Part shown: one piece after another, positions 50,232 to 58,593 of the stretch
Layout of the letters: every line of letters starts with the position of its first letter
Numbering within the stretch: position 1 is the stretch's first letter
NCBI GenBank assembly: GCA_963712025.1
Contig: CAVQGJ010000011.1
Location: 135,929-199,928 of the forward strand
Source of the DNA: an uncultured Verrucomicrobiae bacterium
GTDB lineage: Bacteria; Verrucomicrobiota; Verrucomicrobiia; Palsa-1439
Reading direction: 5' to 3'
Length of the DNA stretch: 64,000 nucleotides
The notes under the pieces: model-generated
Databases searched by the model: none
The model's input: only the letters and a program-made list of their open reading frames with translations
What the model was told of the DNA's origin: nothing
Translations under genes and position numbers: made by a program

Positions 50232-51353
50232 ATGAAAATTGGAATTCCAAAAGAAATTGTGCCGAACGAACGTCGCGTCAGCCTCACGCCGGACTCTCTG
50301 GGCGCGCTCACCAAGGCCGGCCTGGAAGTGCTTGTCGAGGACGGCGCCGGTGAGGGCGCCTTCTTCTCCAACGCTGATTATGAGCGGGCGAAAGCCAGGA
50401 TCGTCAACGCGAACGTTCTGTTCAGCGAATCTGACATCGTCGTCAAAATCCACAAGCCGCTCGATCATCCGCGGCTCGGCAAGCATGAGGCCGACGCGTT
50501 GCGTGAAGGCGCGGTGTTGATTGCGTTCCTCTACGCAGCGGTCAATCCTGACCTCGTGAAACGTCTGGCGGCGCGACGGATTACGGCCTTCAGCATGGAC
50601 GCCATTCCGCGCATCAGCCGCGCGCAAAGCATGGACGCGCTTTCCTCCCAGGCGAACGTGGCGGGCTACAAGGCCGTGTTGATTGCTGCCGCCGCCCTCG
50701 GCAAGTATTTGCCGATGATGACGACGGCCGCGGGCACGATCCGGCCCGCCAAACTGCTCGTGCTCGGCGCGGGTGTGGCGGGATTGCAGGCCATCGCGAC
50801 GGCGCGACGGCTCGGCGCGGTTGTGTGGGGCTACGACGTGCGGCCGGTCGTAAAGGAGCAGGTCGAAAGTCTCGGCGCGAAATTTCTGGAATTCGATCTC
50901 GGCGTCCAGGACACGCAAGACAAGGGCGGTTACGCGAAGGAGTTGGCCGACGAAGCGAAACGCAAGCAGCAGCAGATGCTCGCCGACAAGACCAAAGAGT
51001 TCGACGTGGTCATCACCACGGCATTGATTCCCGGCCGGCCCGCGCCTCGCCTGATCACCAAGGAAACGGTCGCCGCCATGAAGCCGGGTTCCGTCATCGT
51101 CGATCTTGCGGCCGAGACCGGCGGCAATTGCGAATTGACAGAGGCCGACAAAGAAGTCGTCAAACACGGCGTCACGATCATCGGGCCAACCAATCTGCCC
51201 AGCACCTTGCCGGTGCACGCGAGCCAATTGTACGGGCGGAACGTCGTCGAGTTGCTCAAGCTGCTCGTCAAAGACGGCAAGCTCAACCTCGATTTCACCG
51301 ACGAGATCATCAAGGGCGCGTGCGTCACCCACAACGGAAGCAAGCCGGCGTAG
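50232..51353 (+). CDS. pntAA: NAD(P) transhydrogenase subunit alpha part 1
   Basis: MKIGIPKEIVPNERRVSLTPD..., VLGAGVAGLQAIATARRLGA. Confidence 0.9.
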   Translation: MKIGIPKEIVPNERRVSLTPDSLGALTKAGLEVLVEDGAGEGAFFSNADYERAKARIVNANVLFSESDIVVKIHKPLDHPRLGKHEADALREGAVLIAFLYAAVNPDLVKRLAARRITAFSMDAIPRISRAQSMDALSSQANVAGYKAVLIAAAALGKYLPMMTTAAGTIRPAKLLVLGAGVAGLQAIATARRLGAVVWGYDVRPVVKEQVESLGAKFLEFDLGVQDTQDKGGYAKELADEAKRKQQQMLADKTKEFDVVITTALIPGRPAPRLITKETVAAMKPGSVIVDLAAETGGNCELTEADKEVVKHGVTIIGPTNLPSTLPVHASQLYGRNVVELLKLLVKDGKLNLDFTDEIIKGACVTHNGSKPA

Positions 51354-51371
51354 GCCGGTCCGGTCCGCTCC

Positions 51372-52781
51372 TCAGTGCATGCCGCCGCCGTTGGCGCTGG
51401 TCAGATTCTTCAGGATCTGCGCCGTGAAACTCTTGGCGTCGCCAAACAGCATGAGAGTCTTGTCCTGGTAATAGAGCTCATTGTCGATGCCCGCGAACCC
51501 GGGGTTCATGCTGCGCTTGATGACCATGACCGTGCGCGCCTTGTCCACGTCGAGGATCGGCATCCCATAGATCGGGCTGGCCTTGTTCGTGCGTGCCGCG
51601 GGGTTGGTCACGTCGTTGGCGCCGATGACCAGCGCGACATCGGTCTGCGGCATCTCGGAGTTCGCTTCGTCCATATCCAGCAATTTGTCGTACGGAATGT
51701 CGGCTTCGGCCAGCAACACGTTCATGTGACCGGGCATCCGCCCCGCCACGGGATGGATCGCGAACCGGACGTTCACACCCTGCTTGGTTAACGCGTCAAA
51801 CAGATCGCGGACGCTGTGCTGGGCCTGCGCGACAGCCATGCCGTAACCGGGCACGATCATCACCGCGTTCGCTGATTCCAGCAACGCCGCCGCTTCCTCG
51901 GGCGCGGCGCTGCGCACGGGGCGTTTTTCCGTGGCCGCCGCGGCAACCTGCACCTGTCCGAACGCGCCGAACAGGACGTTGGTGAACGAGCGGTTCATGG
52001 CTTTGCACATGATGACCGAAAGGATGAAGCCCGAAGAACCGTCGAGCGCGCCGGCGATGATGAGCAGTTTGTTGTTGAGCACGAAGCCCATCGCGCAGGC
52101 CGACAGCCCGGCGTAGGAGTTCAACAGCGAAATCACCGTCGGCATGTCCGCGCCGCCGATCGGGATGATCAGCGATACGCCGAAGATGAGCGCCAACACC
52201 GCCATGACGGGAAACAAAAACGATTTGGACGGATCCACGATGAGCAGAACGGTGACCAGGGCCGCGACGCCAATAAGCAAGAAGTTCACGAAATTCTGCC
52301 CGCGGTAGGTGATGGGACGAGTGGGAAGAATTTCCTGAAGCTTTCCGGTGGCCATCAAGCTCGCCGTGAACGTCAGATACCCAAGCAACACTTCCACGCC
52401 GAGAGCCGTCATCGTGAAATGGGTGAGACTGGCCCCACGCAGGTAATACTCTGCCGTGCCGACCAATGCGGCCGCCAGCGCGCCGAAGGCGTGCGACAAC
52501 GCGGTTCGTTGCGGCACAGCCGTCATCGGCATCATCGCCATGGGCACGCCGATGATCGCGCCGACCACGAACGCGACCAAAATCCAGCGGTACGTTTCGA
52601 ACCAGCCGTGGGCGTGCGCTTCGGGTCCCAGCAGCAGTAACGTGCCGCCGACGGCGAGCGTCATTCCGAGGATGCCGGTGATGACCCCGCGCCGGGCCGT
52701 GGGCACCGCGCTCATCCATTTCAGGGCGAGTATGAAACACGCCGCGGACGCCATGTACACAAATTGAATCAGGTGTTCCAT
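51372..52781 (-). CDS. pntB: NAD(P) transhydrogenase subunit beta
   Basis: 469-aa ORF with an N-terminal multi-TM region and C-terminal dIII (VPGYGMAVAQAQH, FAIHPVAGRMPGHMNVLLAEA). Confidence 0.9.
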   Translation of the reverse strand: MEHLIQFVYMASAACFILALKWMSAVPTARRGVITGILGMTLAVGGTLLLLGPEAHAHGWFETYRWILVAFVVGAIIGVPMAMMPMTAVPQRTALSHAFGALAAALVGTAEYYLRGASLTHFTMTALGVEVLLGYLTFTASLMATGKLQEILPTRPITYRGQNFVNFLLIGVAALVTVLLIVDPSKSFLFPVMAVLALIFGVSLIIPIGGADMPTVISLLNSYAGLSACAMGFVLNNKLLIIAGALDGSSGFILSVIMCKAMNRSFTNVLFGAFGQVQVAAAATEKRPVRSAAPEEAAALLESANAVMIVPGYGMAVAQAQHSVRDLFDALTKQGVNVRFAIHPVAGRMPGHMNVLLAEADIPYDKLLDMDEANSEMPQTDVALVIGANDVTNPAARTNKASPIYGMPILDVDKARTVMVIKRSMNPGFAGIDNELYYQDKTLMLFGDAKSFTAQILKNLTSANGGGMH

Positions 52782-53077
52782 TAGGATTTCTTGGGTTCGC
52801 GTTTCTTGAACATCACCAGCATGCGGTAGGTAATCATGTAACCGCCGACGATGTTGGTCATCGAGGCGGCGACGGCGACCGTTCCGAGCACGGCGCTCAA
52901 GGTCGTCTTCTGTTCGCCGGCAATGACGATCGAGCCCACCACGGCAATCGCCGAGATGGCGTTGGTCAGCGACATCAACGGCGTATGCAACATCGGCGAC
53001 ACGCGCCGGATGATTTCCAGCCCCAGAAACGTCGCCAGCAAAAACACGTAGAGATTCTGTAGTATGTCCGATTCCAT
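52781..53077 (-). CDS. pntAB: NAD(P) transhydrogenase subunit alpha part 2 (membrane part)
   Basis: 98 aa, LYVFLLATFLGLEIIRRVSPMLHTPLMSLTNAISAIAVVG. Confidence 0.85.
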   Translation of the reverse strand: MESDILQNLYVFLLATFLGLEIIRRVSPMLHTPLMSLTNAISAIAVVGSIVIAGEQKTTLSAVLGTVAVAASMTNIVGGYMITYRMLVMFKKREPKKS

Positions 53078-53159
53078 CTGATGAATGCTCCCCTTTCAGC
53101 TTTCAGGAGCCAGTTTCCTAAACCAGCCCCGTCGCGAATGCAAGCCCGCTTGTGAAGGA

Positions 53160-53237
53160 TGGGGTGACCGACGGGATTTGAACCCGCGACAGCCAGATCC
53201 ACAATCTGGAGCTCTACCAGGCTGAGCTACGGCCACC
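53160..53237 (-). tRNA. tRNA-His (GTG anticodon), with G-1 and encoded CCA
   Basis: I folded the reverse complement by hand: G-GTGGCCG-TA-GCTC-AGCCTGGTA-GAGC-T-CCAGA-TTGTGGA-TCTGG-CTGTC-GCGGG-TTCAAAT-CCCGT-CGGTCAC-C-CCA. Confidence 0.9.
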
Positions 53238-53329
53238 GTCCATAGATGCATCTGTCACATCGGAAGCGTGCGAATGTAGCATTGCCGCGCCGCGAGGGTC
53301 AAGAGATCGTGCGCCAGGTGCGGGCGCCG

Positions 53330-53363
53330 TTCCGCATGGGAGGGCGAACCTCCCGGTGAGCCG
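53330..53363 (+). repeat. 34-nt GC-rich repeat, copy 2
   Basis: TTCCGCATGGGAGGGCGAACCTCCCGGTGAGCCG; see 37876..37909. Confidence 0.6.
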
Positions 53364-53664
53364 TCCTTCCGTTGGTAGCGCGAGCGTCCCTGCTTGCGGT
53401 CGTTTCTGGCCCCGCCCCCCTGCCTGCCCTGTTTACCCTGCTCGCCCTGAGCCTCGAAGGGAGCTTGCCCGCGGTGCCTGCGGTGAGCCTGTCGAACCGA
53501 GCGAAGTCGAATCCGTCGAAGGGCCTGCCCCGAACGTTTACGACGTTTCACGTGGCTTTCGGGCTGAATCGGCGCGCTCCGGGCCGTCCCCACGCCCTCC
53601 CTCTTCCAAGGATCGACAAAACCAGAACTAAAAACTAACATGAACCCAGTCCTTGGACTAACGC

Positions 53665-54687
53665 GTGAAGTGGTACAGAAAAGTGAACCCGCCCGCACGG
53701 GTCAAAAAATCAATCGTCAGGGCTATCTTTATGCTGGCGCTGCTCGTCGGGTTGGTGATGGGGACCGCATCGGGGGCCGCATTCCGGCTGAGTTTTCTGG
53801 ATCAGGAGCCGGTGCTCACGGACACTTGCCAACTATTGAGGCAAAGCGGATTTTCGGAAGATTCGGTAGCCACGTTCAAGAAGCTCGTCGAGCACCACAA
53901 CAAGAAGGGCAATGGTGTTGACAGAACGAAGTTCCCGGCTCCACAAGCGGGCTATTATGAATTCCGTGATCTCGGTGATTTCGCCAACCGCCTGCAGACC
54001 CTGCTTTACTTGACCCCGCGCGATTATTCGCTGGGCCAGGAGAATACATTCACGTGTTTCGACGCGGCCTGTCTTTTACTGCGAGGCGCGGGTTGTGAAT
54101 CCCCTGATTTTGAGAAAGACCTCAATTCGAAAGGCATAGTTTCCGCGAATTGGCCTTTCCAGCTTTTCTCGAAAGACGACCTCAAGACGTTTCGTTCAGA
54201 TTATCACTGGGCACTGTTCCCTGAACGGGCATACGAGCGCCTCGTTGGCAGGCCGAGGAGCGAAAAGGAAACCCAATTGGTGCTTAGTGTGAGAGCGGGG
54301 CGCCACGTCCCCGGCCCTGACCCGACGAACGAAATGGCTTGGCGTGCGGCGTTTGCGACATTTGTCAACGGTCTGAAGGAAAGCGGCTTCGTCTTTCCAC
54401 GAAACTTCAAGCTCGGCCTGGGATTTTTCGTGGACAGGGACAGGCTCTTTGCAGACCATGCCTTCATCTGCATTCCCAAGAGCGACCGATTGGTTTGCTT
54501 GGAGAAGAATGGCAGCCCCGGTCCCTACGTGCGCGCGGAGTTTGAGTCCGAGGCGGAGGTCGCCCGCTACATTAGCTGGACAATGCTGCAGATCGCGAAG
54601 AATCCCAAAAACCCGACTTACGGTTCCCCTATACTTGTGTCACTCAATGACCAGTTGATCGGAGTTTACCCATCTGGGGTTCAGTGA
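53665..54687 (+). CDS. Hypothetical membrane-anchored protein with a possible Cys/His thiol-enzyme signature
   Basis: N-terminal anchor IVRAIFMLALLVGLVMG. Conserved-looking TCFDAACLLL and ADHAFICIP...CLEKNG. Visibly lower GC than the flanks. No family recognised with certainty. Confidence 0.55.
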   Translation: MKWYRKVNPPARVKKSIVRAIFMLALLVGLVMGTASGAAFRLSFLDQEPVLTDTCQLLRQSGFSEDSVATFKKLVEHHNKKGNGVDRTKFPAPQAGYYEFRDLGDFANRLQTLLYLTPRDYSLGQENTFTCFDAACLLLRGAGCESPDFEKDLNSKGIVSANWPFQLFSKDDLKTFRSDYHWALFPERAYERLVGRPRSEKETQLVLSVRAGRHVPGPDPTNEMAWRAAFATFVNGLKESGFVFPRNFKLGLGFFVDRDRLFADHAFICIPKSDRLVCLEKNGSPGPYVRAEFESEAEVARYISWTMLQIAKNPKNPTYGSPILVSLNDQLIGVYPSGVQ

Positions 54688-54895
54688 TGAAATAATGAAG
54701 CCGGATATCCGAGCCCAGCACGGTTCGCGGCCGGCCGGTCACACAAGACGCTGCTCACCAGCAAGCGTCACGCACAACGCCAGATGATATGTCGCCTAGC
54801 GATATATCAGGAAAACAGCCCCCCCGCCGCGATCACGGTAGCGTCCAACCAAAGAAACGCTTGTGCGGACTCCAAAACCCGGTATCCTTCCACTC

Positions 54896-55222
54896 ATGAC
54901 CCAAACCCGGTGGCATCATTTCATCGCCTACTTCTTCGGCGGCGCATTCCTGATGAACAGCGTTCCGCACCTCGTCGCCGGTGTCTCGGGGAGCCCGTTC
55001 CAAACACCGTTCGCGTCGCCTCCGGGCCAGGGGCTGTCGTCGTCCACGGTCAACGCGCTTTGGGGGATGTTTAATCTCCTGGTGGCCTACCTGCTAGTGG
55101 TGCGCACGGGGAAATTCGAGCTGCGGCAGACCCGGCACGTGGTCCCCTTCGGCCTCGGCGCGCTCATCATGGCCATCCTGCTCGCTCGCGCCTTCGGACG
55201 CTTCCATGGCGGCCTCCTCTGA
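54896..55222 (+). CDS. Hypothetical small membrane protein
   Basis: MTQTRWHHFIAYFFGGAFLMNSVPHLVAG... has three hydrophobic segments. Confidence 0.45.
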   Translation: MTQTRWHHFIAYFFGGAFLMNSVPHLVAGVSGSPFQTPFASPPGQGLSSSTVNALWGMFNLLVAYLLVVRTGKFELRQTRHVVPFGLGALIMAILLARAFGRFHGGLL

Positions 55223-55415
55223 CGACCTCGCAATCCCGAAAGACGGGCCGCCGCAGCATTGCGTCGGCGGACGCCCATCCGTGTGAATCTGTGGCTCACC
55301 GCTTTCCTCCTGTCTCCTGAATTCTGACTCCTGAATTCCGTCCTCATGCCCATCTGACACTTGAACTATTCTCCATCGGGAGTAGTCTAATACGTCAGCA
55401 GATTTGGAGTGTGCC

Positions 55416-56150
55416 ATGAAACAGGCGGTCAAATTCCTCGTCATGGTGGCGGCGGTCGCCGTCACCACCAGCGTTTGTGTATCCACAAGCTTCGCCGGAT
55501 CGTATCGCATGGGGAGCGCTGGATCCCATATCAGTTCCCTCGACGCTCGTTATCACGGCGGCGGCGGCGGATACCATGGCGGGGGATATTACGGTGGACA
55601 CTGGGGAGGCGGTTGGGGCCGGGGTTGGGGCTGGGGCTGGGGTGGCTGGTACTACCCGTATTGGGGGTTCTCCTACGCCTACGCGCCCTACCCGTACTAC
55701 TATAACGGCTATTATAACGGCGGCTACTACTACAATGGGTACTATTACCCGCCCAGCGCCTACTACTACCCGCCTCCGACGGTCTACAGCTCACAATCAA
55801 CTTACGACTACAATTCACCGCCTCCGTCATCCGCGACGCAGAGCCCGCAACAACAGTCGGTTGACCGTCCGCTGTCACCGACAGCCGTGGACCGGGATGA
55901 TAATTCGTCTTCGCCTCCGCCGCTACCGCCGCCTCCGCCACCGCCCGCTGGCCGGGATCAATCGATTGCGGTCGCGGATATAAAGGCGCTCGCAGCCGCG
56001 GGCCTCAGCGACGACGTTATTCTCAGCCACATCCGCAATTCCCAGGCGGTGTTCCACTTGACCACCGCCGAGATCATCGACCTCAAGAAAAGCGGCGTCA
56101 ACGAGAAGGTCATCGACTACATGATCAACACGGCCAGCGAGCGCCGCTGA
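55416..56150 (+). CDS. Secreted Gly/Tyr/Trp-rich low-complexity protein with a Pro-rich linker and conserved C-terminal helical repeat
   Basis: GGAG lies 7 nt before ATG 55416. Signal MKQAVKFLVMVAAVAVTTSVCVSTSFA, then GGGYHGGGYYGGHWGGGWGRGWGWGWGGWYYPYWGF...YYNGYYNGGYYYNGYYYPP, then PPPLPPPPPPP. C-terminal IKALAAAGLSDDVILSHIRNS...LTTAEIIDLKKSGVNEKVIDYMI. Confidence 0.7.
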   Translation: MKQAVKFLVMVAAVAVTTSVCVSTSFAGSYRMGSAGSHISSLDARYHGGGGGYHGGGYYGGHWGGGWGRGWGWGWGGWYYPYWGFSYAYAPYPYYYNGYYNGGYYYNGYYYPPSAYYYPPPTVYSSQSTYDYNSPPPSSATQSPQQQSVDRPLSPTAVDRDDNSSSPPPLPPPPPPPAGRDQSIAVADIKALAAAGLSDDVILSHIRNSQAVFHLTTAEIIDLKKSGVNEKVIDYMINTASERR

Positions 56151-56262
56151 CCACCGCGTTCGGTTTGTTGCTCGCCGAATCGGACGTTGGCCATCTCGGG
56201 TCATCGACGGCCACACCCGTTTTCCCGCTTTCACCGGCTCCGCCGTCCGCTATAATCCGTCC

Positions 56263-58047
56263 GTGAACCGGATTCGTCTCCTGTCCGAGCAGGTCGCCAA
56301 CCAGATCGCCGCCGGCGAAGTGATCGAGCGGCCCGCCTCCGTCGTGAAGGAGTTGGTCGAGAACTCCCTCGACGCCGAAGCCCGCCGCGTCACGGTCACG
56401 ATCAAAAACGGCGGACGTTCGCTCGTCAATGTCGCCGACGACGGTTTTGGCATGAGCCGCGACGACGCGCTTCTCGCCCTCGAACGTCATGCCACCAGCA
56501 AAATTTCCCGGGCCGAAGACCTGCACAGCATCACTTCGCTCGGGTTTCGCGGCGAAGCCATTCCCAGCATCGCCGCCGTCTCGCGATTCACGCTCACCAG
56601 CCGCGAACGGGGCACCCTGAGCGGGACGCAAATCGAAATCGCCGGCGGGAAAATCCTGTCCGTCGCCGATATCGGCGCGGCGGAGGGGACCGTTGTCGAG
56701 GTGCGCAACCTGTTCTTCAATCTGCCCGCCCGCCGCAAATTCCTCCGCTCGATCCCGACCGAGACCGCGCACATCGAGCACATCGTGACCCTCTGCGCGC
56801 TGGCGCATCCCAACGTGGCGTTCACGCTCGTCGTCGATGGCCGCGAAGTCTTCAATCTCGCGCCGACCAACGATCTCGCCGGTCGTCTCCGGGAACTCTA
56901 CGGAGCGCAACTCGTCGAGGAACTTCTTGCCGTCGAGTTGTCCCAGGGCGATGTCCGCGTCACGGGTTTCATCGGCAAACCCGGCGTCAGCCGCGCGGAT
57001 CGCCGTCAACAGCATCTCTTCGTCAATCAGCGCCCCGTCGAAAGCAAGGGCATCAATTACGCGCTGCTCGAAGGCTATCACACCGCCCTGATGAAAGGGA
57101 AATTCCCGGTGACGTTCCTGTTCATCGACATCAACCCCGAGCTGGTGGACGTCAATATTCATCCCGCCAAACGCGAAGTGCGCTTTCGGGATGAATCCGC
57201 CGTGCGCCAGTGCGTGATCGATGCCGCCCGCGCCGCCCTCGAACCGGAAACGGCGGGACTCCATCCCGTCCAGCGCGAAGGCTGGCCCCAGTTCCAGCAG
57301 CGCATTGTCGGCCCGCGCCCGCATTGGTCGCCCGCGCCGCCATTGGCATTGCGCGGCGAACCGCCATCGTCGCCGTCCGCGCAACAATCCAAGCTGCTGG
57401 ACGTGCCCCGGGATCGCGTGGAGGGCGAGGCTCCCGCCGAGCCACAGGTCGAGGTCCGCACCGAGGAGGGCACCTGGCGCATTCTCGGCGTGATCGGTCA
57501 ACTCTACGTGCTCATCGAATCGCCCGAAGGTTTGGTCTTGATGGATCAACACGCAGCGCATGAACGCGTCTTGTTCGAGAAGATGCTGCACGAACTCCAG
57601 ACCGATTCCGCCCCCGCGCAAAAACTTCTGCTGCCCCTCACGCTCGAACTCGACGCCCGCGATGCGGCCTTCCTTCACGCGAATCAGAAGACGTTGCACA
57701 AACTCGGCATCGGCGTCAGCGAATTCGGCGAGAAAACGTTCCTGGTCGACGCGCTCCCGCCGTATTTTCCGACCGCCAACCTCGCCCAGACGTTTCGCAA
57801 CATCATCGACGAGTTGCGCCAGACGGGAGAGGAGGTCCACGCCCGGCGATTGAGCGAGGACAGGATCGCCACCACCGTCTGCCGTCACGCGGTGAAAGCC
57901 CACGACCCATTGCGCGGCGAGGAGTTGCGCGCGTTGCTCCAGCAACTTCACCAGTGCGAGCTGCCCTACACCTGCCCGCACGGTCGCCCGACCATGATCC
58001 AAATGTCCTACGCCGAGTTGGAGAAGAAATTCGGCAGGAAAGCATGA
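56263..58047 (+). CDS. mutL: DNA mismatch repair protein MutL
   Basis: IAAGEVIERPASVVKELVENSLDA, DDGFGM, C-terminal CPHGRPT. Confidence 0.95.
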   Translation: MNRIRLLSEQVANQIAAGEVIERPASVVKELVENSLDAEARRVTVTIKNGGRSLVNVADDGFGMSRDDALLALERHATSKISRAEDLHSITSLGFRGEAIPSIAAVSRFTLTSRERGTLSGTQIEIAGGKILSVADIGAAEGTVVEVRNLFFNLPARRKFLRSIPTETAHIEHIVTLCALAHPNVAFTLVVDGREVFNLAPTNDLAGRLRELYGAQLVEELLAVELSQGDVRVTGFIGKPGVSRADRRQQHLFVNQRPVESKGINYALLEGYHTALMKGKFPVTFLFIDINPELVDVNIHPAKREVRFRDESAVRQCVIDAARAALEPETAGLHPVQREGWPQFQQRIVGPRPHWSPAPPLALRGEPPSSPSAQQSKLLDVPRDRVEGEAPAEPQVEVRTEEGTWRILGVIGQLYVLIESPEGLVLMDQHAAHERVLFEKMLHELQTDSAPAQKLLLPLTLELDARDAAFLHANQKTLHKLGIGVSEFGEKTFLVDALPPYFPTANLAQTFRNIIDELRQTGEEVHARRLSEDRIATTVCRHAVKAHDPLRGEELRALLQQLHQCELPYTCPHGRPTMIQMSYAELEKKFGRKA

Positions 58048-58574
58048 GCGCGAACTGTCCCCGCTGCTCGAAACCGCTCGAAGACCAGCAACTGGACGAA
58101 GTGGCCTTCCGCTGTTGCCGCGACTGCAAAGGGATGCTCATCGGGCATACCGATCTGATTGGCATTCTCGAAAACAGTTGGCATGCGGTGTCGCAAGAGG
58201 CCGCTGAGGCCACGGCGTTCCGCGCGCCCGACGGTTGGCAGAACCAGCCGACACTGCGCTGCCCCGATTGCCATCAGACGATGGACAAGTACGGGTATAT
58301 GGGCATCGCCGCGATCCAGATCAATCGCTGCGATCCCTGCGCCGAGCTCTGGCTCGACGCCGACGAGTTGCAAAACATGGTGCTGGCCCTCGCAAAATCC
58401 AATTACCGCAGCGAATCTGCATGGGAAAAATCAAAGCGCGAGAGTCTTGACATTGCGGAGACGGGAGTTCAAGGAGCCAGGACGGTGGGGGCAGGCAGAT
58501 ACGGATGGCTGTTTCCGGGCGGGCGCTCCGCCATTGTTCCAGCCATCAACCTCCTTCGCTTGCTCGTGCCGTAG
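58044..58574 (+). CDS. Zinc-ribbon protein (two TFIIB-type CxxC...CxxC ribbons)
   Basis: MSANCPRCSKPL...FRCCRDCKGMLI and RCPDCHQTMDKY...INRCDPCAELWLDADEL. The ATG overlaps the mutL stop (ATGA). Confidence 0.6.
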   Translation: MSANCPRCSKPLEDQQLDEVAFRCCRDCKGMLIGHTDLIGILENSWHAVSQEAAEATAFRAPDGWQNQPTLRCPDCHQTMDKYGYMGIAAIQINRCDPCAELWLDADELQNMVLALAKSNYRSESAWEKSKRESLDIAETGVQGARTVGAGRYGWLFPGGRSAIVPAINLLRLLVP

Positions 58575-58593
58575 CAGGGTTCTTGTGTCAGAG

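Noticed and set aside
53255-53698. ORF 53255..53698 (-, 147 aa, Arg/Gly/Gln-rich) in the long spacer next to tRNA-His.
   Set aside because: Extreme basic low-complexity composition with no start context. It overlaps GC-rich repeat sequence. I treat it as non-coding.
53160-54700. tRNA-His as an integration site for a genomic island carrying the 53665 gene.
   Set aside because: The atypical gene lies on the 5' side of the tRNA, whereas integrases normally target the 3' end. I found no integrase and no direct repeat of the tRNA 3' end in the window.
55540-55800. Periodic-looking DNA in the Gly/Tyr/Trp-rich gene, and the Pro/Ala-rich region of infB (about 63480-63850), checked as a possible CRISPR or tandem-repeat array.
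   Set aside because: These are coding low-complexity regions. They have no constant-length direct repeats separated by unique spacers, and no cas genes are in the window.
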